The translations under genes and the position numbers were made by a program. Shown piece by piece: positions 11,260 to 21,626 of a DNA stretch of 64,000 nucleotides. The notes beneath the pieces are model-generated. The model made no database searches and was not told the DNA's origin. It saw nothing but the letters and a program-made list of their open reading frames with translations. The stretch is taken from contig JBLWGC010000169.1 in the NCBI GenBank assembly GCA_048772705.1, positions 62,001 to 126,000 of the forward strand, in the 5' to 3' direction. The stretch is from Leidyana gryllorum EB-2025a (lineage: Eukaryota > Protista > Apicomplexa). Within the stretch, counting starts at the first letter, position 1; every line of letters begins with the position of its first letter.

Positions 11260-14200
11260 TTAGCGCTCTTCCTCCACGTCGACGACCGCACATCCACAAC
11301 ACTTCCAGTTGCACCGACAAGCAGCAATACGTCCCCCTCCCGGAATGAACTCGCGGGCTAAGCGCACTGCTTTCGACGATGAGGACGACTTTCTACGCTT
11401 AGCGGAAGATTTCATAGCTCGCCGAACCTCCTCGTCTTTATAGTACGACTGGAGTCGCCCAGGTAAACTCGTCACTCGCTGCGCCAGGATTTCAGCCTGC
11501 CCCAAGGTCACCGACCCGGCGGCCCAACGAGATCGAGGATCTTCCACACCACACCCACCTTCTCCGACGACTGGAAATAGCTCTCCAAGAGAAGACTTCT
11601 CTCGCAATTTGCCCAAATCCTCGCCTTCCGCCAGTACACGACGTCGGCGAGCTCCTCCCCAATAGTCCTCTTCACGAGGTCTCGTTATTGCTTTCGCTGT
11701 CTCCGTCTCTATCCTGACCGAATGTGCCGTCTCCGTCTCCATCCTGCCCGAATGTGCCGTCTCCGTCTCCATCTTGCCCAAATGTGCCGTCTCTGTCGCC
11801 AGGTTTCCTCCTTGTATAATGGGCGGCGAGGTCGGTTTGTCCACGACCCCCTTTGGCGGAGAAGAGCCGATTATGTTCTCCATTGAAGATTGCTGGCGAG
11901 AAGACAGAGGTGGCGGTGGTTCGTCTTCTGAGGAGTCTTGGCGAGACGGAGACGCCGCGACAATGTCTGAGGCTTGAGAGACGGCTGAAGGAGACGCCAT
12001 GTTTGATGGGCGGGAGCGATTGTCGAAGAAGGAGGCTTCTTCTGGTTCTTGTTCGCGTGTCACTCTGTCTTGGTGTTTGTCCCTTTGTATTTCACTCTCT
12101 TTGCGACTGACTCGCTCGTCACTATCATCGCCGTCTCGGTCTTCTGCTTCTGACAAATGTTTGGATGTGGATCGAAGCGATCTTTGCAGAGACGCGTTTG
12201 GAGAGGCGATAATATCATTAGGTGAAGTTGGAGTTGAGGGGTTTTGGGCCTTTTCTGCTGAAGTTTCGGCGACGCCCTTTTTGCCACGGGTTTTGCTGCG
12301 AGATTTCTTGCCATCCGCCTCAACTGCAACGGCTGCGTTAGGTGTTATTTGATTTGTGTCCGGGTGGTTGGGCGCGAGGAGGTGTTCGTGGGATTGTGGC
12401 TGTGACTGCTGCTGTATCGGAGGAGACTCCTGAGTGGTGCTGAGTTTTGGTTTTTCTTCGGATGTGTCGTGTGAGGGCGTGTGTTGAGGCGGTGATGAGG
12501 CTGATATGGCGGATATACGGAAGAGTCGTGGAGAAGCAAATGTTACCTGAGTCCTTTGGAGATCGCTGTTGGGGGAGAAGAAGACCCTTTTGTTGTTTCT
12601 CATCGTCACTGATACCGCCTTTTACTACACGAAGAAGAATGAGAGTGCTACATAGATATTTTGTCTCTTACCACCAGGTTCTTGCTGATGGCGGCTTTCG
12701 GTAGAAGTGTGTATGACCGCTTTGACAGCATCTGCCAGTTTCCCTGCTGACCGTCTCCCAATGTCTTGGAGCCGTTCGAGACTTGAAGTCACGAGTTCCC
12801 TGCTTGCAGCCGAAGATCCACTTAAAAATTGAGCGCGGCCTTCGGTACCCCCTCCTACATGTTGCATGTGCGTCTCTTCTTGCTGCCCGACCACACCACC
12901 ATTCGAAACGGAGCCTTCTTCCTTCTTATTATAAGATGACTTGCTGCTAACTCCCGCAGCCGCCGCCTTCTTGCCACTGCGTGGGGAGGGGGGAGCCGCA
13001 GCACCCTTCCGCCGTCTCCCCCCCCGGGGGGACACTGCTGCCCCCCGCGGCGAGGGCGCCGCTGGAGGGAGACGCTGGACGACACCTCTTCTCGCCGTCG
13101 CCGCCGCCGTCGAGATGTTCCCAACACGCCCCGCCTTGGTGGTGGTGGGGGTGGTGGTCGTCGTACCATTACTTGCCGCCGCCTTTGGCGCCGTCCCAGC
13201 CACCTTCGGCGGAGACGCGGCCGACGGAGACGCCGCCGACCGAGACGCCGCCGACGGAGACGCCGCCGACGGAGACGCCGCCAACGGTTTGTCCGAGTTC
13301 TCGCCAACCACAGACGACGACTGTTCTGCGGCGCCGCCCTCTTCCTTCGCAATCTGCTGCTGCTGCGCACCCGCGTTGTCGTCGTCGGCGTCCTCCTTCT
13401 TCTCGCCCTCGTCGTCACCACGACCGCTTGTTAAAGACAAAGACAATCCCATCACGCGATCCCAACTTTCCTGTCGCTCCACTAATGTAGGCGGCCGGGG
13501 AGCCCCGACTCCCCCCGCGTTGTTGTCGTCGTCACCACCCTCCCTTTGACGACTATCGGCCGCTGCCGCCGACGATAATAATGTATTCGCATCAAAGCTA
13601 ACACCCTTCTTGACTGATGATAGAGACCTTTTTGAAGTCGTTTCAACTACCGCCCCAGACGCAGACCTAAGCGTAGAGTCCCCCGTTGCTCCACCCCCGC
13701 CCGCAAAATGACGATCCACATACCCACTCCGCTCAATCTCCTTCGGTACCTTCCTATCCAACTCGCCAGACAGACTGCTCAACTGACCCGGCCGAATGAA
13801 ACTCTTCCCGCCCGCTTTCGCTCGCGGCTTAGCCGCCGCCACCTTCGACACCGACGACCGAACCGCCTTTGACAGTCCTCGAGTCACCCGCCCCGCCGCC
13901 GTCTTGGCTGCAGTGGAGGTGGTCGGCCGTGCCGCCGCCGCCAATTCGGCGTCTCCGTCTCCGTCTCCGTCAACCGCCGTCTCCGTCTCGGGCCCTCCGC
14001 CGTCAGCCGCCGTCTCGGCCTCGAGCTCGCGTTCTTCGAGAGATTGCTTCAACGATTCCTGGCGGGCTTTAGCGCGGGCCTCGAAGCGCGCGTCTCGCAG
14101 CTCAGCGGCCGCGATCTCGACGCAGATGCGAAAAGAGGGGTGTTTCTCGTAAAACAGTGCGCCGACGTCGCCGAACTCGCCGCTCGCCGACTCTAAGCGC

Positions 14201-14346
14201 TTTCGCAGAATCAGATCGTGACTGGTGGGCAGCTCGTCCAAAGGGGCACTCCCGCCACTAAAGGTCCGAGACAAACGCGGAGGTCGCGGACGGCTTTTGG
14301 GGTCAAAGCCTCGCGAAGGCGCCCTGCGTTGCCGACCGTCAGCCAT
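11260..14346 (-). CDS. Large low-complexity (S/A/R/E-rich) protein with Cys-rich C-terminus; 3 exons
   Basis: ORFs 12625-14373 and 11260-12609 join in frame through a small exon (…EPG|VKGGISDDEKQQKGLLLPQQRSPKDS|ASSPPQH…) using gtaag..tag and gtaac..cag introns. The protein ends CRCNWKCCGC…. Confidence 0.75.
11697..11797. repeat. 30-bp coding tandem repeat (~3 copies, ETETAHSGRM-type)
   Basis: ccgtctccgtctccatc(c/t)tgccc(g/a)aatgtg repeated. Confidence 0.85.
13210..13283. repeat. 15-bp coding tandem repeat (SAASP x4-5)
   Basis: ggagacgccgccgac repeated. Confidence 0.85.
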
Positions 14347-14416
14347 TCTTCCCTCAATGCACGTTGGCCCCACAATGTGTGCTTAGTGCAGTCGGTCAAA
14401 AATTCAGCCCGAGACT

Positions 14417-16178
14417 ATGGCTCGCAAATACCTCAAAATACACTTTGACCGCGTCCTGGAGATAGAGAGCCATGCTGTAAGTTCGGCAAACGCACGTAAA
14501 TCAATCGCCGCTCTCTCCCATGCGTAGGATCCTTACGTCTTAATACAAGTTGGAGACTCCCACGCAAACTCTCCCATCGGCCGTCGCCAAGGCCATGGCA
14601 GCTGGAGCTTCGATCAAACCGCTATTTTCGACGCCTCCGAAGGCACCGTAGTCACGTAAGGCTCACTCGGTGTGATCGGACCCATCGCCCCGCGACCCCG
14701 ATAGATTCTTCGTCATCGATCGGGAGAGTAACTGCTCAGTGGCCTCGGGAAGTGTCGATATGAGGCCCCACCTGTCTCACGGCCGACCCAAAAAGTCGGA
14801 GATCCGCCTCCATCCCCGCGGTGTCGCATTGGTCCGATGCCAACTATTCGACTTTGATGAACACGGCAACTTTCCAGATCGATTGGAAATCCGCATTGGC
14901 CACGCCACCGGCATCCCGGCACAGGTAACTAACTCTCACAATCAATCGTGGCTGTCCGTCCCTGGCTGCCCCCTTTATGAACCCTCTATGAACCCCCTGC
15001 GACTCCTTTGCTACCCTTTATGAACCCCTTGCGACACCTTTGCGAACCCCTTGCGAACCCCCTCCCTGAGCCCCCATTGGCATTTGTAGATGACGAATCC
15101 GCGTGTGCGCGTGACGGTGGCGAATGAGTCGATGATCACGGAGCCGCCATCTGAGTTGGGTTTGAAGGACACACCGCGGAAGGTTACGTGGGATCAGCGT
15201 TTTGTGATGCCGTATCGGGGGCATGAGTTGTGCAAGGTGGATGTGTTGGATGGTAGTGGAGAAGTAACGTGTACGGGTCGTTTTCTATTGTGGGAGGTGC
15301 TGACCCACCCTGAGCGCGCGTTGGGTGGGGCGGTTGATTTGACGGACGCGAGTACGGCTCCGTCTGGTTTGTTGCGTATCGCGTTTCGTATGTGGGACAC
15401 GTCTCAGGTTGCGGCCAAGACGGATGTGCAGAGTGCCCAACTGAGTAAATTGATTGAGCGTCGGCGTGGGGACGTTGAGATGTTGGATGCGATCCGTGAG
15501 GTGGTGCGAGACACGGATAAGCGAAGTTTGGGAGAGTGTGACAGGCGTTTGGAGCAAGTTGACAAGTCGTGTGAGAAGGCGTCATCGCTTATTGAGCAGA
15601 TGGCGACGCCGGCTCGATCGCGTGCGGACACTCATCACGCGAAACGGTCTCTGAAACACTCTCTGCAGGACGCTGGGAAGTCTCTGGATATTGCAGAGAG
15701 ATATCTCCAGCTGCTGGTTCACGCGTCGGCGGTGAAGGAGTGGGAGCAGGGCCGGGCGGCTCGTTCTAAGATTGCGTCTATTGTGGACGACATGGCGACG
15801 GCTCGTCAGCCGTTGCCCGACACTCCGGCGGATCCGGGCTTGGAGGAGCTGAATGAGCGTCAACTCGAACCGTTGGTGGCCAAAGCCGAAGCGGAGTGCC
15901 TCAAGTTGGACGACGCCCTCAACGGTATCAAAGGGACAACAGTGGCAGCCGAAATGGGCCGAACGTACGAAGACGCCAAAACCGCCCGGAGAACACTCGA
16001 ACAATTGGCCAAAGAAGGCGAAGAAATCGGAATTCAGGTCCACACACGGCTCCGAGAGAGACGACGAGCCATGCGACAACAGGCTCGAATGCAAATGCTA
16101 TCCACCGCCGTCGCCATAGGAGCCGGAGACTTTCCAAAACCTGTTGCCATACCCGCACCTTGCTGCTGCTGGCTATAG
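14417..16178 (+). CDS. Tandem C2-domain protein with coiled coil and C-terminal CCCWL; 4 exons
   Basis: Spliced translation MARKYLKIHFDRVLEIESHA|DPYVLIQVG…WSFDQ…|FFVIDRE…LEIRIGHATGIPAQ|MTNPRVRVTV…VTWDQRF…KVDVLD gives two C2-like beta sandwiches. Introns at ~14477-14527, ~14656-14704 and ~14925-15089. Confidence 0.8.
14970..15065. repeat. Degenerate ~11-12 bp intronic minisatellite (t(a/g)(t/c)gaacccc)
   Basis: Repeated tatgaaccc/tgcgaacccc units inside intron 3 of the C2 gene. Confidence 0.6.
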
Positions 16179-16289
16179 AAGAGGCCGCCGGGTACACTCA
16201 CACACTCACCAAGGGAGAGAGCGAGAGAGGGGTTAGCCGGAGGAGGGGAGGGAGAAAGAAAGACAGAATCCGACCTTTTTTCCGCTGAT

Positions 16290-16655
16290 ATGACTTACGA
16301 CTTGATGGTATACGACTCGACGATAGCGCCCCAGAGCCCCGAGCAATTCCACCAATGGTTCCTACAACAAACCCAATGGACAGAATCGCACGACTACGAC
16401 GACATTGGTGTCATCAAATGTCCCCAACTCAGACTCTTCTTCGAAGAGATCGTCACAACGTTCCCGCCTCTGAATAACTATCCGCTGCCGGCCGAGTTCG
16501 ACCCCGACGATCTGCGGTTGACTGACTATTCGATTGGATATCACCTCATATACTGCGCCTTCGCCTGGCCACTCGCCAAAGAAGCCCACTCAATAACCGA
16601 AAAAACAGCCCTCAAATACGGACTCGGCTTCTTTGATCCCTCAGACCCACTGTGA
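16290..16655 (+). CDS. 121-aa intronless protein resembling a bacterial conserved hypothetical family
   Basis: Pattern MxYDLMV, QTQWxExHDY, FPPLN, TDYSIG..IYxAFAW, GLGFFD, which I recognise from bacterial uncharacterised proteins. Confidence 0.8.
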   Translation: MTYDLMVYDSTIAPQSPEQFHQWFLQQTQWTESHDYDDIGVIKCPQLRLFFEEIVTTFPPLNNYPLPAEFDPDDLRLTDYSIGYHLIYCAFAWPLAKEAHSITEKTALKYGLGFFDPSDPL

Positions 16656-16714
16656 AGCGGTGGAGAAAAACAAATTCTTTACTCCAAGTCTGTGACTCCT
16701 CCCTCGCCCGAACC

Positions 16715-18538
16715 TCAATTCTCGCTCGACAGTCCCGTCGATGATCCCTCCTCCGCAGCCAAAGTAGCCGCGACCTCCGTCTCACCATCACCCGACACGT
16801 CTTGGAGCGTTGCGACGTTATCTTCGTCAACATTCGTTGACTCTGTGTCTCCGTCTCCCACTTCGCCGCCGTCTCCCATTTCGCCGCCGTCTCCCTCTTC
16901 GCCGCCGTCTCCCACTTCGCCGCCGTCTCCGTCTCCATCAACGATATTAGTGGGTCGCGGAGGAGAGTCTGTTAACAGGTTGTGTCTGCGTCTGAGCGTC
17001 TCCACCTCTGCCAGAGTCATACGTGAGTCTCCTATCTGGAGTTCGACGTGGTTGGACACCTCATTCTCCTCGTCGACCACAGAGGCGGTGAGATTTCCGA
17101 ACACGTCAACAGAGACAGTGAGCAGTAACAATGATTTGTCCTCGCGATCCGATGGCAATCCGTGCATTTCCACTTTACCCAAAGTTCGATTCTTCTTGCA
17201 ATCCACAGACTCGCCTTCCTGCAGCCAGAAAGGGACCACAGTGGGGGAGTTTGCCATTGTCCACCGCTCCACTGTGGCCGAGAAGGGCAGTTTTGTATTC
17301 CGCTTCACAATGTGCGATATCAGACGGTCCTTTCCGCACAGATCACCAATGGGAAGTCGAGTGTACGGCGTCCCATTGAAAGATTCGACGATTGCCGCCT
17401 GAATGGCCGCGCCGTGGACGATGGAGGGGTCAGTTTGGAACGGGTGGCCGGAGTTACTCGAAGTGAAATAGTTCTCAAAGACTGCTCGGAGTTCCGGGAT
17501 CGCCATTGAGCCTCCGGTGAGAACGATTTCGTCAATGCGCTCATGTGAGACTCTACAGAGCGTTAAGAGTTCATTGATTGTGGCCAAACATTTGGTGTAA
17601 TATGTGCCCTTCACAGACCGAAATAGATTCCGGGTGATATCGAGATGCATTTCGTTACCGTCAATGTCCATTTGAATTAGTGTCTGTTTCTTGCCATTCA
17701 TCAAATCGCATTTCGCCCGCTCACAGTGTGTCCACAACAGACTCGAATGCCGCGAGCCGTCAAGGATCTCAATGTCGTGCAGCTTCGTACACTCTCCCAA
17801 ACAGTACTTCACCAGCGACTGATCCAACATGTCGCCGCCCATATCGACCCGATGGATACTGCCGTAGAATAAAAAGTCTCCTCCATCAAACTTAGCCACA
17901 GAGGCTTTGAGTGACTTTCCGATATCGCAGAAAAACACATTCCGAGCCGACGGTGTCGACGCAGAGGCCCACGACCTCCGCCGAGCGAGCGATAAAGCCA
18001 ACGCTGTCCGGTCATTGAGTATCTCCACCACGTGGAGACCCGCGATTTGTCCGGCAATCTCAATGTCCGTCCGCTGAGACTCATCAAAGTCAAAGGGTAC
18101 CGAGATCACGGCTTGACAGATCTCACATTCCAACTGATCTTCCGCAGCGCTCTTCAACTTGGACAACAGTAAAGCCATAATCTGTGCGGGGTGGAACTCC
18201 TCCAATTTCCCACTCCGGCAAACCATAATCGTAGCCTTGCCGCCGGGCCCAGAAGTGATACTGAACGCCGATCGGGCACTGATCCAATCGACAATCGGAT
18301 CGTCGCACATCCGCCCCAACAGCTGCTGTACTGATGTTATACACCACTCCGGGTCCGTCAAGGATCTTTTCAGCGCATCTTCACCAACAACCTGGCCACC
18401 ACAGTCCGTAAATGAAACAACATTCGGCATACGCCGTTTGCCATCTATCTTCACCAACTCACATTTCCCATCTCTCTCAACCGCCACTGACGACCAACCC
18501 GCCCCAAAATCGATCCCGATTATTGGGCCAACAAGCAT
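16715..18538 (-). CDS. Divergent Hsp70-family protein, intronless, no lid/EEVD
   Basis: IGIDFG, PNVVSF, AVISVP..F...QR, MGGDMLD, CERAK, DEIVLTGG and HGAAIQAA, then a beta-SBD-like region and an acidic GDGGE repeat tail. Confidence 0.9.
   Translation of the reverse strand: MLVGPIIGIDFGAGWSSVAVERDGKCELVKIDGKRRMPNVVSFTDCGGQVVGEDALKRSLTDPEWCITSVQQLLGRMCDDPIVDWISARSAFSITSGPGGKATIMVCRSGKLEEFHPAQIMALLLSKLKSAAEDQLECEICQAVISVPFDFDESQRTDIEIAGQIAGLHVVEILNDRTALALSLARRRSWASASTPSARNVFFCDIGKSLKASVAKFDGGDFLFYGSIHRVDMGGDMLDQSLVKYCLGECTKLHDIEILDGSRHSSLLWTHCERAKCDLMNGKKQTLIQMDIDGNEMHLDITRNLFRSVKGTYYTKCLATINELLTLCRVSHERIDEIVLTGGSMAIPELRAVFENYFTSSNSGHPFQTDPSIVHGAAIQAAIVESFNGTPYTRLPIGDLCGKDRLISHIVKRNTKLPFSATVERWTMANSPTVVPFWLQEGESVDCKKNRTLGKVEMHGLPSDREDKSLLLLTVSVDVFGNLTASVVDEENEVSNHVELQIGDSRMTLAEVETLRRRHNLLTDSPPRPTNIVDGDGDGGEVGDGGEEGDGGEMGDGGEVGDGDTESTNVDEDNVATLQDVSGDGETEVAATLAAEEGSSTGLSSEN
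16846..16937. repeat. 18-bp coding tandem repeat (GDGGE[V/E/M])
   Basis: ccgtctcccacttcgccg repeated ~4.5 times. Confidence 0.85.
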
Positions 18539-19321
18539 TGCCACTGAATACCGAAATTTAGCCCAACTGGCAATTTCGAACCACCCACTCGGAACTCTCT
18601 ATTTACGCCCAAAACTCTCGTTATCTTTGGTATTCAACTACGCATCGTCGCTTCTGTCAACGCTATCGGGTCGTCAAATGCTCCCCACCACCTTTCCACA
18701 TCTACGTTCGTGTGTGTGTATATATATGTGTGTGTGTATATGTGTGTGTGTCCTAATCTGCGGCGGCAACTCTTTAGCTTTGTTGACGACTTGAAACCGG
18801 CCACAAAGTATATTTCTGATTTCGGAAATTTTGGGCAGTTACGGATCCGTCTGCGGATGAGTTCGTCACTGCCCAGAATTTCCCGGCGGGCATTGGAATC
18901 GGGCGCTGCGACTGTTTGCTGGGGTCATTATGAAGCCACTCCGACAGTTCGCAAACTGTCAGAGCCGCTCAGAAGCCCCCAGCAGCAGTTACAACGACTG
19001 TTCATCCAACCGAACCCCCCAAAGGCGTTCGTGGTGAGTGGCTGAATGCTTTTACTCAACAGTTACCCTGAATGCGGTACATTAACGTACATCCGGCCTC
19101 CCCAGAAGGCTTACGAGGGGTTTCGCAGATGACGGATTACAATGTGGGCGATGGCCACCAAGCACTCGATCGCTCCCCCCTCCTGTAGCGAGGTTGGGGA
19201 GCGCGAGTTATGTGTGGTTGAGGGAAATGTGGCCCCAGAGAGTGGGGGAGGGGCAAAATATTGCAGCGGTTTTTGGGTCCGGCTGCGTGTCGTGACTGCC
19301 CCCACTTCCGGTATTCTTTTG

Positions 19322-19435
19322 ATGCCGTAAAACTGAACCCGCCAGGAGGGTTCGTCCCTGCTTCATCCTTTATGCCTGGCGTCGTGATTCGAATGGTTAT
19401 GGGTTCAGTGGTGCCCCGACTTGATGACTCCTCCT
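19322..19435 (+). ncRNA. Candidate structured ncRNA/cis-element (114-nt core), copy A; also at 20513-20626, 24209-24322 and 25650-25762
   Basis: Nearly invariant even in diverged copy D (2 substitutions and a 1-nt indel). Folds as a three-way junction (ACUGAACC/GGUUCAGU; CGCCAGG/CCUGGCG; CGUGAY/GUUAUG). A T-tract follows ~15-40 nt downstream. Identity and strand are uncertain. Confidence 0.4.
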
Positions 19436-20709
19436 CCTCGCCGCCCGCCCTCCCCAGTGGTGAGGTCTGAGCCGTTTTTTTATTGTACAGTTGGGCTCAG
19501 ACCGGTGTTCAGGAGCATTACGCTCCTAAACATTATCTTACTCTTATTGTGAGATGCAGGGCAGCGCGTCCTGCATCGCACAAAGCGTTCACCAATTGAG
19601 AAAGAAGCCGCGCCAACATGCCGCGGTATGTGATCAGCTCGGTCGAAGACGCGACCAAATTTCGGGACATTAGATGCGCTGCTAACCATTTTACGTGTCC
19701 TTATCTCGCGTGCACTGAGGCGAAGATGCCATTGTGCTATTGCTTTGAAACATTCAAACAACCGACCGACTGCAAAGCTTCTTCAATGAACTCCATTCCC
19801 ACAATTGCACAAATGTAATCACGCTTCGGATGATGCGTGAAGCATAGCGACTAAATTGGTAATGTGAGCTTACTGGGTCCACTGAGGCAACTTATTGTGA
19901 CCTGTGGACTCTGGCCGACCGCGAGCACACACGTGTGCTTCCATCAGATATTTGATCAGTCGCGATCCCCGGCTGTTTGTGTCCAAACCGGCCACAAAGT
20001 ATATTTCTGATTTCGGAAATTTTGGGCAGTCACGGATCCGTCTGCGGATGAGTTCGTCACTGCCCAGAATTTCCCGGCGGGTATTGGAATCGGGCGCTGC
20101 GACTGTTTGCTGGGGTCATTATGAAGCCACTCCGACAGTTCGCAAACTGTCAGAGCCGCTCAGAAGCCCCCAGCAGCAGTTACAACGACTGTTCATCCAA
20201 CCGAACCCCCCAAAGGCGTTCGTGGTGAGTGGCTGAATGGCTTTACTCAACAGTTACCCGGAATGCGGTACATTAACGTACATCCGGCCTCCCCAGAAGG
20301 CTTACGAGGGGTTTCGCAGATGACGGATTACAATGTGGGCGATGGCCACCAAGCACTCGATCGCTCCCCCCTCCTGTAGCGAGGTCGGGGAGCGCGAGTT
20401 AAGTGTGGTTGAGGGAAATGTGGCCCCAGAGAGTGGGGGAGGGGCAAAATATTGCAGCGGTTTTTGGGTCCGGCTGCGTGTCGTGACTGCCCCCACTTCC
20501 GGTATTCTTTTGATGCCGTAAAACTGAACCCGCCAGGAGGGTTCGTCCCTGCTTCATCCTTTATGCCTGGCGTCGTGATTCGAATGGTTATGGGTTCAGT
20601 GGTGCCCCGACTTGATGACTCCTCCTCCTCGCCGCCCGCCCTCCCCATTGGTGAGGTCTGAGCCGTTTTTTTTATTTTGACGGTGGGCTCAGACCGGTCT
20701 CTGAGAGCA

Positions 20710-20974
20710 TTACGCTCTCAGTCCAGCCTCCAGATCCCGTTCTTCATCGGGTCTTCGATCCTTGGCTTTCTTCTTTTCCTCTTCATCCATTCCCTCCTCG
20801 AAGAAATCCTGTACGGAGTGATGGGAGGAAGTGCGAGGGGAAGCTTACCGAAATTCCCACGAACGAGAGGGCGTACCCGAAAGAGCAACAAAGACGCAGC
20901 AGTCCAAGAAAAAAGTCCCGCAGAAGTTGGCGGGGTGTTGCTTTGGTCGTTGACGCGACGAAATCAGGGGACAT
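20710..20974 (-). CDS. Putative small spliced gene of the tandem family (copy B): MSPDFVAS…VGIS|DFFEEG…DLEAGLRA*
   Basis: ATG at 20974, phase-0 donor GTAAGC at ~20848 and a 40-nt intron ending TACAG. A homologous exon 1 with a phase-0 GTAAGA donor is present in copy A (~19541-19670). Confidence 0.45.
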
Positions 20975-21175
20975 AATGTTGCTGAGAGAAACAGTATAAT
21001 GTCGAAAATGTGTTAAAGATTAGATGTACTTGAGGAACATGCGTTAGAAAGTAACTCATTTAAGGTTAGAGACAAGAGCTAAGTAGATCCAGTCAACATG
21101 GCGACATGCTGGATTAGCTCTGTCTCCGTTAGGGAATGTTGTGGCGTTGCGGTGCCTTGAGGATGAGGCGGACGC

Positions 21176-21292
21176 CTAATTTGTGACCGGTTGCACTGGC
21201 CGCTCGTCGTAGATGTCCTTCTCCAGCTCGACGGAGGCAGACGGATCATCATTGGGATCTGTAGCCACCTTAGATCTTATTCCGTCACGCAT
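21176..21292 (-). CDS. 38-aa micropeptide MRDGIRSKVATDPNDDPSASVELEKDIYDERPVQPVTN (possible upstream ATG at 21304)
   Basis: Protein-level conservation with the paralog at 21507-21626 despite many synonymous changes; same TN-TAG end. Confidence 0.6.
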   Translation of the reverse strand: MRDGIRSKVATDPNDDPSASVELEKDIYDERPVQPVTN

Positions 21293-21506
21293 TAGTTCAT
21301 TCATTATTCGTAAGTCCGGTTCGTCCGTGCCGAGCACACGCGTGTGTTTGGATGCCGGTGTCTCCGTGTCAGCCGGCACCAAATCACCACCGTAGATTAC
21401 CACATGCAAATAAAATAAAATCAGAAGATGCAAAAGGGGGGTTCACTAAAATAGGGTTGTGGCACCCTACCCTTTGGTGTCACACGAGGGTTTGACGGAT
21501 CAACGC

Positions 21507-21626
21507 CTAATTCGTGATCGGTTCTATAGGCCGATCAGCGTTCGGAAGTGCTGTAAGGTCAACCGTAGGGTTTAGATCTTCCTCTGGATTGCTTGCCGCC
21601 TTGCTTCTTAGTCCATCCTTCGCCAT
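21507..21626 (-). CDS. 39-aa micropeptide MAKDGLRSKAASNPEEDLNPTVDLTALPNADRPIEPITN
   Basis: ATG with an in-frame TAA five codons upstream, ending in TAG; aligns with the 21176-21292 peptide. Confidence 0.6.
   Translation of the reverse strand: MAKDGLRSKAASNPEEDLNPTVDLTALPNADRPIEPITN

Noticed and set aside
14970-15065. Interstitial telomeric repeat (TGAACCC)
   Set aside because: The period is ~11-12 bp and degenerate, not a 7-bp tandem.
19329-19341. Telomerase RNA template (CTGAACCC)
   Set aside because: It covers about one repeat with no clear alignment region, is paired with GGGTTCAG in the predicted stem, and is multi-copy.
19324-19345. Spliced-leader RNA (GCCGTA…AG 22-mer recalls the dinoflagellate DCCGUA…AG leader)
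   Set aside because: The middle does not match and it is followed by GA rather than a GT donor.
19322-19435. 114-nt core as 5S rRNA or tRNA/SINE
   Set aside because: The size and tandem layout fit 5S and the minus strand has AAGCAGGG, but there is no terminal helix I, no loop E AGUA/GAA and no loop C motif. GGTTCGTCCC is only a partial B box with no cloverleaf.
18840-19470. Self-cleaving ribozyme (hammerhead, HDV-like, twister) or group I intron in the repeat
   Set aside because: No CUGANGA/GAAA core. TCCTCGC lacks P3 pairing and is absent from copy D. Group I P/Q/R/S-like words are in the wrong order.
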